Positions 9,352 through 21,962 of a stretch of DNA of 64,000 nucleotides are shown piece by piece; position 1 is the stretch's first letter, and each line of letters starts with the position of its first letter. This stretch comes from Macrostomum lignano (taxonomy: Eukaryota). The notes beneath the pieces are model-generated. The model did not search any database and was not told the DNA's origin. It saw nothing but the letters and a program-made list of their open reading frames with translations. Both the position numbers and the translations under genes were made by a program. The DNA lies in assembly GCA_002269645.1 (NCBI GenBank), contig NIVC01000445.1:124001-188000 (forward strand). Reading direction: 5' to 3'.

Positions 9352-11642
9352 CTACTGGAAGCCGATCTGCGGGTGTGGCAAAACGCATATTTTTGTGTCC
9401 GAAACGACGCACGACCCAACGATGGCAGTGGCGTGAACTCGAACGGTGCGCTCATGTGGTAACGGACCGAATGGATTGACTAAGAGGCCTCGGATGTGCG
9501 CAAATCTGGCACCTCGGTTCTCCGAGTTGGCATGTACGGCACACAAGGCCTCCAGTGGGTCCACGACAGCGTCCTGTACGGGTAGGATGTGAAGGTTGAC
9601 ATACACCTCATCGTTGTCGCACTCGATTGCTAGAACGCGGCCGAACTGAAAGCTCGTCGGCTGGCATCCGGCAATGGCTACAAAGGCAGATGACGCCCGC
9701 GTCTCAATCTCCGGTAGATACTCCTCGAAATACAACCCTGACGGGAGAGACGCCGAACGCCAGCCGTGGGCCATGTTGTTAGGACGCCGTAGTAGAATGC
9801 CAGACGCCGCGCGCATGCATGTCGTTCTGTGCCGCGCGCGTGGCTGCTGGTCGTTGTCGCGGAGAAGCTCCTCAGCCTGCATGACTGCCAGCTCGCGCTC
9901 AACGGCTCCGACAATCTCCACATCCGTGCGGCGGGACCCGTGAATCTGGCGACGCAGTCTGGTATGCATCGATTCAAACAGCCCGGCGGATTGACGGTTC
10001 AGAGGACCTGCCAGTATGGCATACGGCAGCATGTGGCAGCAGACTTGATGGGCGTTGTATGACAGAAATCGCAGCGAATAAAGGCGCGACAAGTTCGCGT
10101 GAAAGTGTCTCAGCCCGATTTCAACGTGGCGCAATTCTGCACGCGGCGCACCTTCTAAGGACATCCAGAAGATGCACGTGGAGAGGATTAAAATGTGCCA
10201 GTAGTGTTCCTCTGGCAGGAAGTCATCAAGGACGAAAGGCGCGAACGCCAACAACCACATTGCGTATTCGTGGCCGCGCATGTGTCTGATGTCCTTGAGA
10301 AGCCTGACAGTGTGACGCTGAACAGTGCGAGGAACGCGAATGCGCCGAAGACGCTGGTCGATGTGGCTCAGCCGCGCGTGCAGGTCCGGACAATTTGTGG
10401 CGCCTCGATCCGGTTTTTCATGACGCACGAGGAACAGCTGGTACAAAATATTGCGTACCAGGCCGGAGCACAACTGGTGCAGGAAACACGGTGGACAGCC
10501 GCGGACAAAGTCAAACCCGTGCAGTCGAGACAGCGGTGACAGGCCACGGACACCGAGGACGTCAGTCCGAATGTCGCCACCCTGCTGTGCGTGCTGCTCA
10601 GCGAGAGTGTGAGTGTCGCTGGTCGACCGCACTACAGTCTGAACGCATCCTAGACGTCTGGCCTGATTAAGCATCGCGTCAGTAACCCCGACGCCGTAGA
10701 CTCGTCCATGGCCTGATGGATGCAATGATGTCCGGATGTAACACTTCTCGCATCCGTAGATAGCCGAGAAACGCTTCATGCACAGAGCGTCCGCTCTCGC
10801 TGGAGCGTCGAACAGCGCCATTAGCGGATGCAGATGCAATCGACGCTGAACCCCGAGGCTGTCGATATACTGTACACCATCGAAGCGCAGAGTATTCAGT
10901 GCATTTACGACGATTGGCAGAAAGGCGGCGGCATGGGCCTTTTTCTTGCCGGCCCACACGCCACACTTCATCACGAATCGGAGCTTCAGCCGCTCGTGCA
11001 CTTCGTTAATACTCAGATAGACGGGGCACACCTCGACATTGCTAGTGCAGAAAAGAGGAAATCCGTCTGCACAGATGGTGTATGTAAGGTCGCTCCGAGT
11101 CTCGGATTCGATGTTCTCGAGAAACGACTTGTACAGTTCGCTGTTGGCAAAGTGCAGCTTCTCTTCGTCCAGTGCAAGCCGTTCAATCGGAAATGTTACG
11201 CTCTGTAGAAGACCGCGAGATTCAACGAATGTTCGGATCTGCGCAGGTATGTCGAATAACCAGAAGTTGGCCACATTTTCCGACGTACAGTGCGCACAAT
11301 TAGAGTTTCCTGGATCGCAGCGCTGCTCGGAATGTAGATAACAGTCGTTGCAGACAGTGTAACATGTTGACGACCCCGAGATTGTTCCCCTCTTCTTCAA
11401 AGTTTCACGCAATGTTCGTCCGTGCTGAGGAAGGCGGTTGTCGGGTACTAGCCTGTGCAGTAGTGAAAGCAGCCTTGTCGTCCCGCTAACTGTCAGGTTC
11501 AGTTCCCTCGCGCAGGAGCTGACCTCACAAATCGCCTCTCCGAGCGAAACGGGCAGAGCGTCGTGCCAATTGACTCCTGGAAACCCCGGGACGTCCTCGT
11601 CGTTGTCGGAGTCTGTGCTCTGGCCGTCATCAGACTGCGAAC
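9352..11642 (-). CDS. CMC/EnSpm DDE transposase, main exon
   Basis: CxxC..CxxC zinc finger; catalytic D in ICADGFPLF, D in LFDAPAR, CxxC (YGCEKC), CxxH (CFLH), H-x4-H (HQVCCH) and E in LFES, the CMC signature string. Acceptor CTCCCAG|GT at 11643/11642. No stops. Confidence 0.92.
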
Positions 11643-11794
11643 CTGGGAGGAATATATTGTGTGTGGTGAGCGTAGTGCGCATGTGTTCGGTGGACAGTGT
11701 GAGTGCAACGTGCAGGTAACACAAAAGTATCAAACATGAGCCATTGGGATGGATCCACAATCCACGATAAGCCAACTCTCTGACTGGGACTCAC

Positions 11795-12175
11795 CACTAG
11801 AGGAAGAATCCCCGTCCGAAGTGCTGTCAGAGCTCGACACCGGGTCCCCATTGCGGCCATCGGCCTGTGCGCCACCGTCGTCGGACTCTGGATTGTCTAT
11901 AGGCAGGTATACAGACTGCTCATCTCGAGATCGAGATACTGTAGATGTAGAGGCGGATCCGCTTGCAGCTGCGACGACTGCAGCAGTCCCACTGGTGCCT
12001 GCGCCCCGGACTGGACTTCGCCGGAGTCGACATCTGCAGAAGTTCCTGCGGTTGGACGCAGAGGTGATCGCGAACCTTCTTGTCGACTATTTGAATTGGC
12101 CAACGCACGCTGCCGCATGTACTCTCGCATGTACTGCCTCCGCTGTAACCGCGGCGGTAAATCTGAATTGTCCAT
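11795..12175 (-). CDS. Probable 5' exons of the transposase (12175-12076 and 11938-11795)
   Basis: ATG 12175 (MDNSDLPPRLQRRQYMREYMRQR). Strong donor AGT G|GTGAGT at 11794 matches the phase-1 acceptor at 11643. The first intron (12075-11939) has a weak GTTCGC donor but keeps frame, giving ~844 aa. Confidence 0.55.
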
Positions 12176-12644
12176 GCAGTTTGCGAGTCGTGCAGTACTG
12201 AAAGAGATTGGGTTGGTTTATGATGTCTAGATGCGCATATTCACTGTAGCACTATCTGCTGTGTGACCTATTCATCTATCCACGTATAGAATGGACGACA
12301 TGTTTCTGAATTTCTGCATTTCAGTAACAACTCGGACGAGACCAATTTTGTCCAACAATACCCGCTGTTTCCAAGACCTCTATGATCCCTATCTAACATA
12401 GTGTACTATCTAATGTGTTGCACACATGCAAAAGATGCGAAGGCATCGAACAACATCGAAGTCTCCCATCAAAATCAGAACGTGGGAAATGTCATACGGA
12501 GAAGTATATTTTTCTGTAGAACTTGGAGCATAAGAAATAGAACACGTTGTGCTGCTGTTTCTGGAACATGTGTTACAAACTGTGGGCATACAAGTAGGAG
12601 AAAGGTGCCATTTTCCACTATTCAATTCCACGTACTCCACTATC

Positions 12645-13007
12645 ACCCGGAAACATATCCGCTCTTCGTCCGGTTGTTAGGCGGGCGACAGCCCGGATTA
12701 AAATGCGGATGACTTTCCGGACGACAGTGACAATTCATCCGGCTAGTCATCCGTAAAGTCATCCGACGCTTCATCCGGTTTTCGTCCGGGTAAACAAGCG
12801 GATATAATTCCGGACTAAAATGGACCAATTAAGTAAAAAAATCACCACTTTGTCCGGCTCTGATCCGGAAACTGGCCCGCTACTTTGTCCGGCAGCTTAA
12901 ACCGGATGAATACCGGACGAAAAGCTGCATTTGTCCGGAATCGACCACCAAACGCGGACCAATGCGGACGACGGCCGGACGACAACCGGATCGGCTATCC
13001 AGGCGGG
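12645..13007. repeat. Right subterminal TCCGG array plus TIR
   Basis: About 16 CCGG cores counted by eye, ending in TATCCAGGCGGG. Confidence 0.85.
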
Positions 13008-13009
13008 AT

Positions 13010-13328
13010 TGGGCCTGCCCCCCTAAGCTGAGTTTCGTCCGTCTGACTTTGAACTCTCCCCTTACTGCTCTCTCATTGGCTGAGCTAGATTGAGCCTGCC
13101 CCCTAAGCTGAGTTTCGTCCGTCTGACTTTAAACTCTCCCCTTACTGCTCTCTCATTGGCTGAGCTAGATTAAGCCTGCCCCCTAAGCTGAGTTTCGTCC
13201 GTCTGACTTTAAACTCTCCCCTTACTGCTCTCTCATTGGCTGAGCTAGATTGGGCCTACCCCCTAAGCTGAGTTTCGTCCGTCTGACTTTAAACTCTCCC
13301 CTTACTGCTCTCTCATTGGCTGAGCTAG
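13010..13328. repeat. 80-bp tandem repeat, 4 copies (a partial unit at 4467-4501 is separated by the transposon)
   Basis: Unit tgagcctgccccctaagctgagtttcgtccgtctgactttaaactctccccttactgctctctcattggctgagctagat at 13010, 13091, 13171, 13251. Confidence 0.9.
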
Positions 13329-13856
13329 GTCCAGATTGGACCTGTCCCATTTTCGCCCTTACAAAGAGAGTAGGCACTACGTGTTTAACAACTATAATTT
13401 CCAGTGAATATCTAGTTATTCTAGTATCTGTGGTTTAGATCTTGAATTCTGAACTCCTAAAGTGGCATGATTTTCATCCAGGTTAAAAATTTGACATCGA
13501 TTGCACACGATAATTGCAAGTGATTCATTGTCTTTTATCCAAATGTGTTTAGCATTGAGTCATGATAGCTACCATAATTTAGGGGGAGTGTTTTTACTGC
13601 TTTTGGAAATATTTTATTTGCAATTTTCCCGCTGATATGTGTTCAACTAGGCTATTACGATCTTAATCATATTTTATATTACTGACAGTAATAGATAAAG
13701 TGTATTATTAAGGTTAAGGCATGATTTATTCTCTAATACTTTAAATGGACTGCGGCTTTGCATCCCCCACAAGATAAGCATGTTGTGCTCATTTCATAAT
13801 CTATGCATACTACTATTAGTATTACACTACTTCCACCTTTAATAAACTTTCCGCAG

Positions 13857-13930
13857 CACTTTACTGTGCGGAAGTCTTGGCAGCATAATTCTGGATTTGT
13901 ACGGCTGGCGAATCCCGTTTATCTTGAGTG
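13857..13930 (+). CDS. SLC17A9: SLC17A9 exon 3
   Basis: Acceptor CCGCAG|C, donor G|GTAAGA; encodes (G)TLLCGSLGSIILDLYGWRIPFILS(G). Phases fit exons 2 and 4. Confidence 0.88.
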
Positions 13931-14021
13931 GTAAGAGATTTTTTATTTGAATTTGTTAGAGCTGCATTCCTGTAACTGAAATTTACTAATGGGAATAGGA
14001 GTAACCGACTAGTGGGTGTGA

Positions 14022-14665
14022 GGATCAGCACTGTTAAGATGGGGATCAGCACTGTTGGGATGGGGATCAGCACTGTTAGGATGGGGATCAGCACTGTTAG
14101 GATGGGGATCAGCACTGTTAAGATGGGGATCAGCACTGATGGGATGGGGATCAGCACTGATGGGATGGGGATCAGCACTGATGGGATGGGGATCAGCACT
14201 GTTAGGATGGGGATCAGCACTGTTGGGATGGGGATCAGCACTGTTAGGATGGGGATCAGCACTGATGGGATGGGAATCAGCACTGATGGGATGGGGATCA
14301 GCACTGTTAGGATGGAGATCAGCACTGTTAGGATGGGGATCAGCACTGTTAGGATGGGGATCAGCACTGATGGGATGGGAATCAGCACTGATGGGATGGG
14401 GATCAGCACTGTTAGGATGGAGATCAGCACTGTTAGGATGGGGATCAGCACTGTTAGGATGGGGATCAGCACTGTTAGGATGGGGATCAGCACTGTTAGG
14501 ATGGGGATCAGCACTGATGGGATGGGGATCAGCACTGATGGGATGGGGATCAGCACTGATGGGATGGGGATCAGCACTGTTAGGATGGAGATCAGCACTG
14601 TTAGGATGGGGATCAGCACTGTTAGGATGGGGATCAGCACTGTTAGGATGGGGATCAGCACTGTT
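14022..14665. repeat. 21-bp minisatellite (~30 copies) in SLC17A9 intron 3
   Basis: gggatcagcactgttaggatg and variants. Confidence 0.95.
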
Positions 14666-14709
14666 GAGTTGACAAAGCTAACGCACGCACTACTCTGTCT
14701 TGTCCGCAG

Positions 14710-15485
14710 GCTGCTTGACTCTCGTGTGGGCCCTGGCCACCCGCCAGCTCATGCTGATCGATTTGCCCAGTTCCGAGAAGCAGAAGTCGCCCCAGAAGCT
14801 GCACCACCACCACCTCCATCATCCGCCATCGTCACCCAGCTCGTCAGCAAAAGCGCCAGCGGCAGCCATCGCCGCAATGCGCGACGTGCCCTGGTCCCGG
14901 CTGTTCCGCGCACCGCCATTCTGGGCAATGCTAGTTGGCCACTACGCTCACGGGCACGCCTATTACATCCTGTTGTCCTGGTTGCCAACTTATTTTCACG
15001 ACACATTCCCCACGGCCAGGTCGTGGGTGTTCAACCTGGTGCCCTGGCTGGTCACCGTGCCCTCCGCCCTGATGTCGGGCCTGACAGCCGATGCGTTGAT
15101 TCGCCGCGGGATCAGCGTGACCGCTACTCGCAAAATTATCGTTAGCGTCACCCTGCTTGGCTGCGCCTTCTTCCTGCTGCTCATGCCCTACTGCAGCGGC
15201 TATGTGGCCTCCCTATCCTGCATGGCTGCCGCTGTCGCTTTCTCCGGCTTTCACAATAGCGGCGTCCAATTAAATCCGACAGATCTGGCGCCAGACTGCG
15301 GCGGCGCCGTGTTTGGCATTATGAATATGGCCGGCGCTCTGCCTGGCTTTCTTGGCGTCTACCTGGTTGGCTTCTTGCTGGAGTGGACCAAATCCTGGTC
15401 GGCTGTGTTCCAGCAGACCGCTGTGGTGTGCATTGTTGGCTGGCTGGTGTACCTGCTGTTCGGTTCGGGCAGGAGAATCATCTGA
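14710..15485 (+). CDS. SLC17A9: SLC17A9 exon 4 (terminal)
   Basis: Acceptor CCGCAG|GC; VPWSRLFRAPPFWA..LLSWLPTYFHDTF..WVFNLVPWL..FHNSGVQLNPTDLAPDCGGAVFGIMNMAGALPG; TGA at 15483-15485. Confidence 0.92.
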
Positions 15486-15574
15486 TTTGCGATTCGTATC
15501 TTACTGGCTTTTACACACTGATTCTAGTTTACAGCTGCGGTGCATGCTTGAATTGGCCAAGCAAATATCTGCCG

Positions 15575-17395
15575 CCCGCCTTAATCTCCGCCCCATCTGA
15601 ACAGCAGCCCGCCAGAATCTCTCCCCCCCCATCTAAACAGCAGCCCGCCAGAATCTCCCCCCCATCTAAACAGCAGCCCGCCAGAATCTCTCCCCCCATC
15701 TAAACAGCAGCCCGCCAGAATCTCCCCCCATCTAAACAGCAGCCCGCCATAATATCCCCCCATCTAAACAGCAGCCCGCCAGAATCTCCCCCCCATCTAA
15801 ACAGCAGCCCGCCATAATCTCCCCCCATCTAAACAGCAGCCCCCCAGAATCTCCCCCCCATCTAAACAGCAGCCCGTCATAATCTCCCCCCATCTAAACA
15901 GCAGCCCGTCATAATCTCCCCCCCCATCTAAACAGCAGCCCGCCAGAATCTCCCCCCCATCTAAACAGCAGCCCGCCAGAATCTCCCCCCCCCATCTAAA
16001 CAGCAGCCCGCCAGAATCTCCCCCCCATCTAAACAGCAGCCCGCCAGAATCTCTCCCCCCCCATCTAAACAGCAGCCCGTCATAATCTCCCCCCATCTAA
16101 ACAGCAGCCCGTCATAATCTCCCCCCCATCTAAACAGCAGCCCGCCAGAATCTCCCCCCCCATCTAAACAGCAGCCCGCCAGAATCTCCCCCCCATCTAA
16201 ACAGCAGCCCGCCATAATCTCCCCCCATCTAAACAGCAGCCCGCCAGAATCTCCCCCCCATCTAAACAGCAGCCCGTCATAATCTCCCCCCATCTAAACA
16301 GCAGCCCGTCATAATCTCCCCCCCCCATCTAAACAGCAGCCCGCCAGAATCTCCCCCCCCCATCTAAACAGCAGCCCGCCAGAATCTCCCCCCCCATCTA
16401 AACAGCAGCCCGCCAGAATCTCCCCCCATCTAAACAGCAGCCCGCCAGAATCTCCCCCCCCATCTAAACAGCAGCCCGTCATAATCTCCCCCCATCTAAA
16501 CAGCAGCCCGTCATAATCTCCCCCCCATCTAAACAGCAGCCCGCCAGAATCTCCCCCCCCATCTAAACAGCAGCCCGTCATAATCTCCCCCCCATCTAAA
16601 CAGCAGCCCGTCATAATCTCCCCCCCATCTAAACAGCAGCCCGCCAGAATCTCCCCCCCATCTAAACAGCAGCCCGCCAGAATCCCCCCATCTAAACAGC
16701 AGCCCGCCAGAATCTCCCCTCATCTAAACAGCAGCCCGCCATAATATCCCCCCATCTAAACAGCAGCCCGCCATAATATCCCCCCCCCATCTAAACAGCA
16801 GCCCGCCAGAATCCCCCCCATCTAAACAGCAGCCCGCCAGAATCTCCCCCCATCTAAACAGCAGCCCGTCATAATCTCCCCCCCATCTAAACAGCAGCCC
16901 GCCAGAATCCCCCCCATCTAAACAGCAGCCCGCCAGAATCTCCCCTCATCTAAACAGCAGCCCGCCATAATATCCCCCCCATCTAAACAGCAGCCCGCCA
17001 TAATATCCCCCCATCTAAACAGCAGCCCGCCAGAATCTCCCCCCATCTAAACAGCAGCCCGCCAGAATCCCCCCCATCTAAACAGCAGCCCGCCATAATA
17101 TCCCCCCCATCTAAACAGCAGCCCGCCATAATATCCCCCCCATCTAAACAGCAGCCCGCCAGAATCTCCCCTCATCTAAACAGCAGCCCGCCATAATATC
17201 CCCCCCATCTAAACAGCAGCCCGCCATAATATCCCCCCCATCTAAACAGCAGCCCGCCAGAATCTCCCCCCATCTAAACAGCAGCCCGCCAGAATCCCCC
17301 CATCTAAACAGCAGCCCGCCATAATATCCCCCCCATCTAAACAGCAGCCCGCCATAATATCCCCCCCATCTAAACAGCAGCCCGCCAGAATCTCC
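15575..17395. repeat. ~33-35-bp minisatellite with variable C-run, just downstream of the SLC17A9 stop
   Basis: catctaaacagcagcccgccagaatctcccccc repeated ~50+ times. Confidence 0.95.
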
Positions 17396-18029
17396 GTATT
17401 TCCTAGAACCGATTCTCCCAACAATTCAAGCCCAGCCGGCAATATTGATATTATGCCTATCTTATGCTTACTCTGCCTTTTTGTCTGCCCTCCGCTGCAT
17501 TCCTACCGCGCTCTCCTTGAACTGTGCAAACGTACATCCCTGCCGTACAGTTTCATTTTTTAGTTCATCTTTTTAAATCAGTTCTTTTGTACTGTTCAAT
17601 ATTTGTTGTTTTATTTATTCATTGTTACTCCCGATCAGCTCAGTAGGTTCTATTGTATTTAGTCATTTTTTGTTTCTTGAAAAAACTATTGTCAGTTTTT
17701 TAAAGCCAGTCTCTGTTTTGTGAAAATCGTCTGTGTTTCTAATATTTATAACTTTGTACCTTGTGGCGCAGATTGAGAGATGAGCCAAGGTTTTGCTAAG
17801 TAAGACCGCTTAATTCCACAGGCTGCTGGTCAATGTACTTCTGTGATACGCCACATTCTAAATTGTCTCTATGATTTCTAGATTTTCTACAGATAAAGAT
17901 GCTGCAATGTTTGCACGCGTGTCTGAGCGGAGCATCTTCGCTTTGTGTCATGCCAGCCATTAATTATTCCTTCGGCATTGAGATCAGTTAGTTCAACATC
18001 ACATTAACATAAGCTCAACAATGCACCGA

Positions 18030-18780
18030 ACTTCACCCAACCCACTGCACCCACCCCAATTGACCCAACCCACTGCACCCACCCCAATTGACCCAACCCA
18101 CTGCACCCACCCCAATTGACCCAACCCACTGCACCCACCCAATTGACCCAACCCACTGCACCCACCCCAATTGACCCAACCCACTGCACCCACCCCATTT
18201 GACCCAACCCACTGCACCCACCCTAATTGACCCAACCCACTGCACCCACCCCAACTCAGCCAACCCACTGCACCGACCCCAATTGACCCAACCCACTCAC
18301 CCACCCCAATTGACCCAACCCACTGCACCCACCCCAATTGACCCAACCCACTGCACCCACCCCAACTGACCCAACCCACTGCACCCACCCCAACTGACCC
18401 AACCCACTGCACCCACCCCAATTGACCCAACCCACTCACCCACCCAATTGACCCAACCCACTGCACCCACCCCAATTGACCCAACCCACTGCACCCACCC
18501 CAATTGACCCAACCCACTGCACCCACCCCAACTCAGCCAACCCACTGCACCCACCCCAATTGACCCAACCCACTCACCCACCCCAACTCAGCCAACCCAC
18601 TGCACCGACCCCAATTGACCCAACCCACTGCACCCACCCCAACTCAGCCAACCCACTGCACCCACCCCAATTGACCCAACCCACTCACCCACCCCAATTG
18701 ACCCAACCCACTGCATCCACCCCAATTCACTCAATCCACTACACCCACCCTAATTGACCCCACCCACTGCACCCATCCTA
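18030..18780. repeat. ~28-bp C/A-rich minisatellite
   Basis: cccaattgacccaacccactgcacccac repeated. Confidence 0.95.
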
Positions 18781-20679
18781 ATTCTTTAATAGCCATTCTT
18801 CCAGCAGCGTACCGCTCTGGCGGATTTCCTTTCAACTTGAAGGCCCTTTCTTGCTGGTGCATTCTGTTCGGTTGTATCCCATGTCTATGCTATAAATCAA
18901 AGCAAACAATAAACAGAAGTTACTGATTCACCATAGACAAAAGGTATTCAAGCTATCGTGTTCGATGTACTCTTTTATCTGTATTTTTTGCTCTGTCGCT
19001 GTTGCCGCACTGCAGCTTTCCCTGTGCCTATTTGTTTGTTTGTTTTTCCTATCGAACTTCATTTCAGGATTTAAAAACAGATAAATATATATTATTGAGT
19101 CTGTGAAAATGACGCGAACACGCGTCGCTTTTTTCTATAATTTCTCGATGTCGATCGATGTCGATCTCGATGTTGAACAATATTAAAAAGTTTCGAATAT
19201 GCTTCCGTTCCGTTATTAATTACAAATGAATAAAATTATACCAACAGGCAATAAATAATAAATAAGTAGTTCGAAAGAGTAAATAAAGACGGATTAACAG
19301 TGTATTTTTTGCAAAATTTTAATTAATAATTGACACGTGCGCAATTAAAATTGTGAGAAAAACTCTTCGATCGCTACTTACTAGAAAGCGTCGATCAACA
19401 GTAGTATGTTCATTATATAGCACCAGATATTGCGTGAGTGAAGAAAATAAACAGTATTTTTTTATGTATATATAAAAAAGCTTGAGGTGAGCACTGTGCA
19501 TCCGTGGACAGGCGTTCAGACAGCCTATCTAAGCAAATTAGCTCAAGTAAAAAAGGCTGTTATGTTCCCGTCAGGTTGGCCGAAATTTCTCTTCTTTTAA
19601 AACGCAAAACAAAAGCGATCGCGGTAAAGGCGGCGACAGCAGCAGCAGGCAAAGCGAACAACAGCTCAGCAGTGACGCATCATGTCATTAGACACAATAT
19701 ATCAAATAGAAAAAACTGCTTTGAGATTATATTGATTAGTTTTAAATTAATTAACTGCATATAAACTGGGAAACTTTAAATTTATTTCCAATATATTACT
19801 AGTAGCATAGTTAGAATATTAACTTTAAAAAGCATTTGCTAGGTGCCCTTCAAGCGCTTGATCTGATTCAAAGCTTAAAAATTCAGCCAAAATTATAGCA
19901 TTTTAACAAACCCAGATGTAACTTAACAATCTACAAGACACATGAACTGCAATTTTCTATTCTTATAGTAGTCCAGACAGAAGATTCGCCCGAAATTTCT
20001 AGCAGTCCCAGCAGTGCAGCCAGATTGTTTCTACAAAAAAGCCAATTACGAGTATTATTAAAAGCATCGTTGCGAGGACGAACTGATATGCTGTTTATTT
20101 TGTGCCATAAAATTCAAACCACTTTCAAATTCAATCAACCAATTCAAACCATAGATTTGGACAAAAGCGGAAAAACCGCGGAATTCCCTCGGAAAACGCA
20201 TGCAATTTCTAGCCGAAGAATAAATGAAACAATAAAAGACAAGCGAAAGAAACAGCAGACCAGTCAGGAGAGAGCATGTAAACAAATAAAATTGTTTTAT
20301 CACATAAAATCGAATAGTTGCGTGCAATAATTGAGATTTACAAATAAATAGGGGATTTAATAATAGTGAGTACAGATAAATATTGTAAGAATGACAACCA
20401 ATATCTTAATAATACACTGGGTACATCTCAACCATTTCTAACCGCAGAAATACTTAAAGCAGCCATGGTACACTTTAACTAATAATGAATCAATGAACCT
20501 CTAGCTCCTTTTACACATTGAACAGCTTGCGCGATTATTTTCTGAAGCACAGGTTTCCAGTCAAGGTTGTGTAAACAAAGCCAATCATTAAAAGCTTGCA
20601 ACCAATGCATCAAATCCTATGAGCTTCTTCAAAATCTTCAAACGGCTGGTTTTTGGAGATTGGTTTGTCTACCACCTCT

Positions 20680-20780
20680 GTTTGTCTGTCTGCCTATCTG
20701 TGTCCGTGTTTCTGTCTGTCTGCCTATCTGTGTCCGTGTCTGTCTGTCTGTTTGTCTTAGTGTCTGCCTGCCTGACTGCC

Positions 20781-20846
<66 letters not shown>

Positions 20847-20861
20847 AATGTCTGTCTGTCC

Positions 20862-20926
<65 letters not shown>

Positions 20927-20941
20927 AATGTCTGTCTGTCC

Positions 20942-20983
<42 letters not shown>

Positions 20984-21320
20984 GTCCGTGTGTCTGTCTG
21001 TCTGCCTATCTGTGTCCGTGTCTGTCTGTCTGTTTGTCTTAGTGTCTGCCTGCCTGCCTGTCTGTCTGTCTGTCTGTCTGTCTAAATGCCTGTCTGTTTT
21101 AGTTTCTGTCTGTCTGTCTGCCTGTCTGTCTTAGTGTCTGTCTGTCTGTCTGTCTTAGTGTCTGTCTGTCTGTCTGTCTGCCTGCCTGTCTGTCTGTCTT
21201 GGTGTCTGTCTGTCTGTCTGTCTGTCTGCCTGTCTGTCTGTCTTGGTGTCTGTCTGTCTGTCTGTCTGCCTGCCTGTCTGTCTGTCTGTCTTAGTCTCTG
21301 CCTGTCTGTCTGCCTGTCCA
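20680..21320. repeat. (TCTG)n imperfect microsatellite
   Basis: Direct inspection. Confidence 0.95.
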
Positions 21321-21386
21321 TCTGCAGTCCCAAGCAACCCCCAGAGCACACGCGGACACTACTAGGAGACAGCAGCAATCGGGCAG

Positions 21387-21962
21387 TCAGGGCGGAGGCG
21401 GGGCCGGCTTGTTGCCGTACCGCAGCCGCTCGAATCCGGCGGGCAGGTCGGGCAGCCGGGCTCCGCCACCTCCGTGCCCGCCGAAGCCTCCGCCGTTGCC
21501 GTCCAATTCGGCATCGTCGGGCATGCGAGCTGGCGGCTTCTCCTCCGGCAGCACCAACGGCCCGCCGCCGCCGTCACCGTCAGCAGACACTCTGGAGGAG
21601 CCCGACGTCATCGCCGCCGTCCCTGACGCCGGTGGCCAGAGTCGGTTGTCGTCCAGCTCTTCAACAAATATCACCGGCACGTGTTTCTTCGTCACAAGGG
21701 TGTCGTGCAAATAGGGATCGTAATCCTCGTCGCCGGCCTCTCGACGCCTCTGGCGCCTGCTGCTGGAGCGCCTGTACAGACAGCAGACAATGACCAGGGC
21801 GGCGAATAGAAACAGCACGATAGCCAGCAGGGACAGCACCAGGGCCAGGAAGAAGTCCGCATTATCGGCTGCGGCCACGACGGCGGTCCCGGGTGCTGCG
21901 GACGAGCCGAGCGGGGTGGCGCCGCCACGGGCGATGGCCTCCTCGCTGGCCTCGGCAGGCAT
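21387..21962 (-). CDS. DAG1-like: Beta-dystroglycan-like single-pass membrane protein (TM plus cytoplasmic tail); N-terminus uncertain
   Basis: Hydrophobic TM ending CCLYRR, then KKHVPVIFVEELDD and PLVLPEEKPP, matching dystroglycan tail motifs KKGVPIIFADELDD and PLILQEEKAP. GC-rich coding-like composition. Confidence 0.75.
   Translation of the reverse strand: MPAEASEEAIARGGATPLGSSAAPGTAVVAAADNADFFLALVLSLLAIVLFLFAALVIVCCLYRRSSSRRQRRREAGDEDYDPYLHDTLVTKKHVPVIFVEELDDNRLWPPASGTAAMTSGSSRVSADGDGGGGPLVLPEEKPPARMPDDAELDGNGGGFGGHGGGGARLPDLPAGFERLRYGNKPAPPPP

Larger units (their letters stand above)
4502..13007 (-). mobile_element. Complete autonomous CMC/EnSpm (CACTA-like) DNA transposon, 8506 bp, three genes, antisense in SLC17A9 intron 2
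   Basis: Perfect 12-bp TIRs CCCGCCTGGATA (4502-4513; reverse complement 12996-13007). 2-bp AT duplication (4500-4501, 13008-13009). Removing the element restores an 80-bp repeat unit. CCGG-rich subterminal arrays at both ends. Intact transposase ORF. Confidence 0.92.

Noticed and set aside
11643-11794. N-terminal 44 residues (MAYRGLWIHP...) of the 807-aa ORF
   Set aside because: They lie within a phase-consistent GTGAGT...CCCAG intron and are probably not coding.
9674-12201. Plus-strand ORFs overlapping the transposase (e.g. 11749-12201, 10828-11208)
   Set aside because: Shadow ORFs of a GC-rich coding strand with no recognisable motifs.
13861-18757. Long ORFs such as 14012-15145, 13861-14661, 15581-17442 and 17999-18757
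   Set aside because: They are translations of stop-free minisatellites in an intron or downstream of SLC17A9. The real exons are defined by splice sites and homology.
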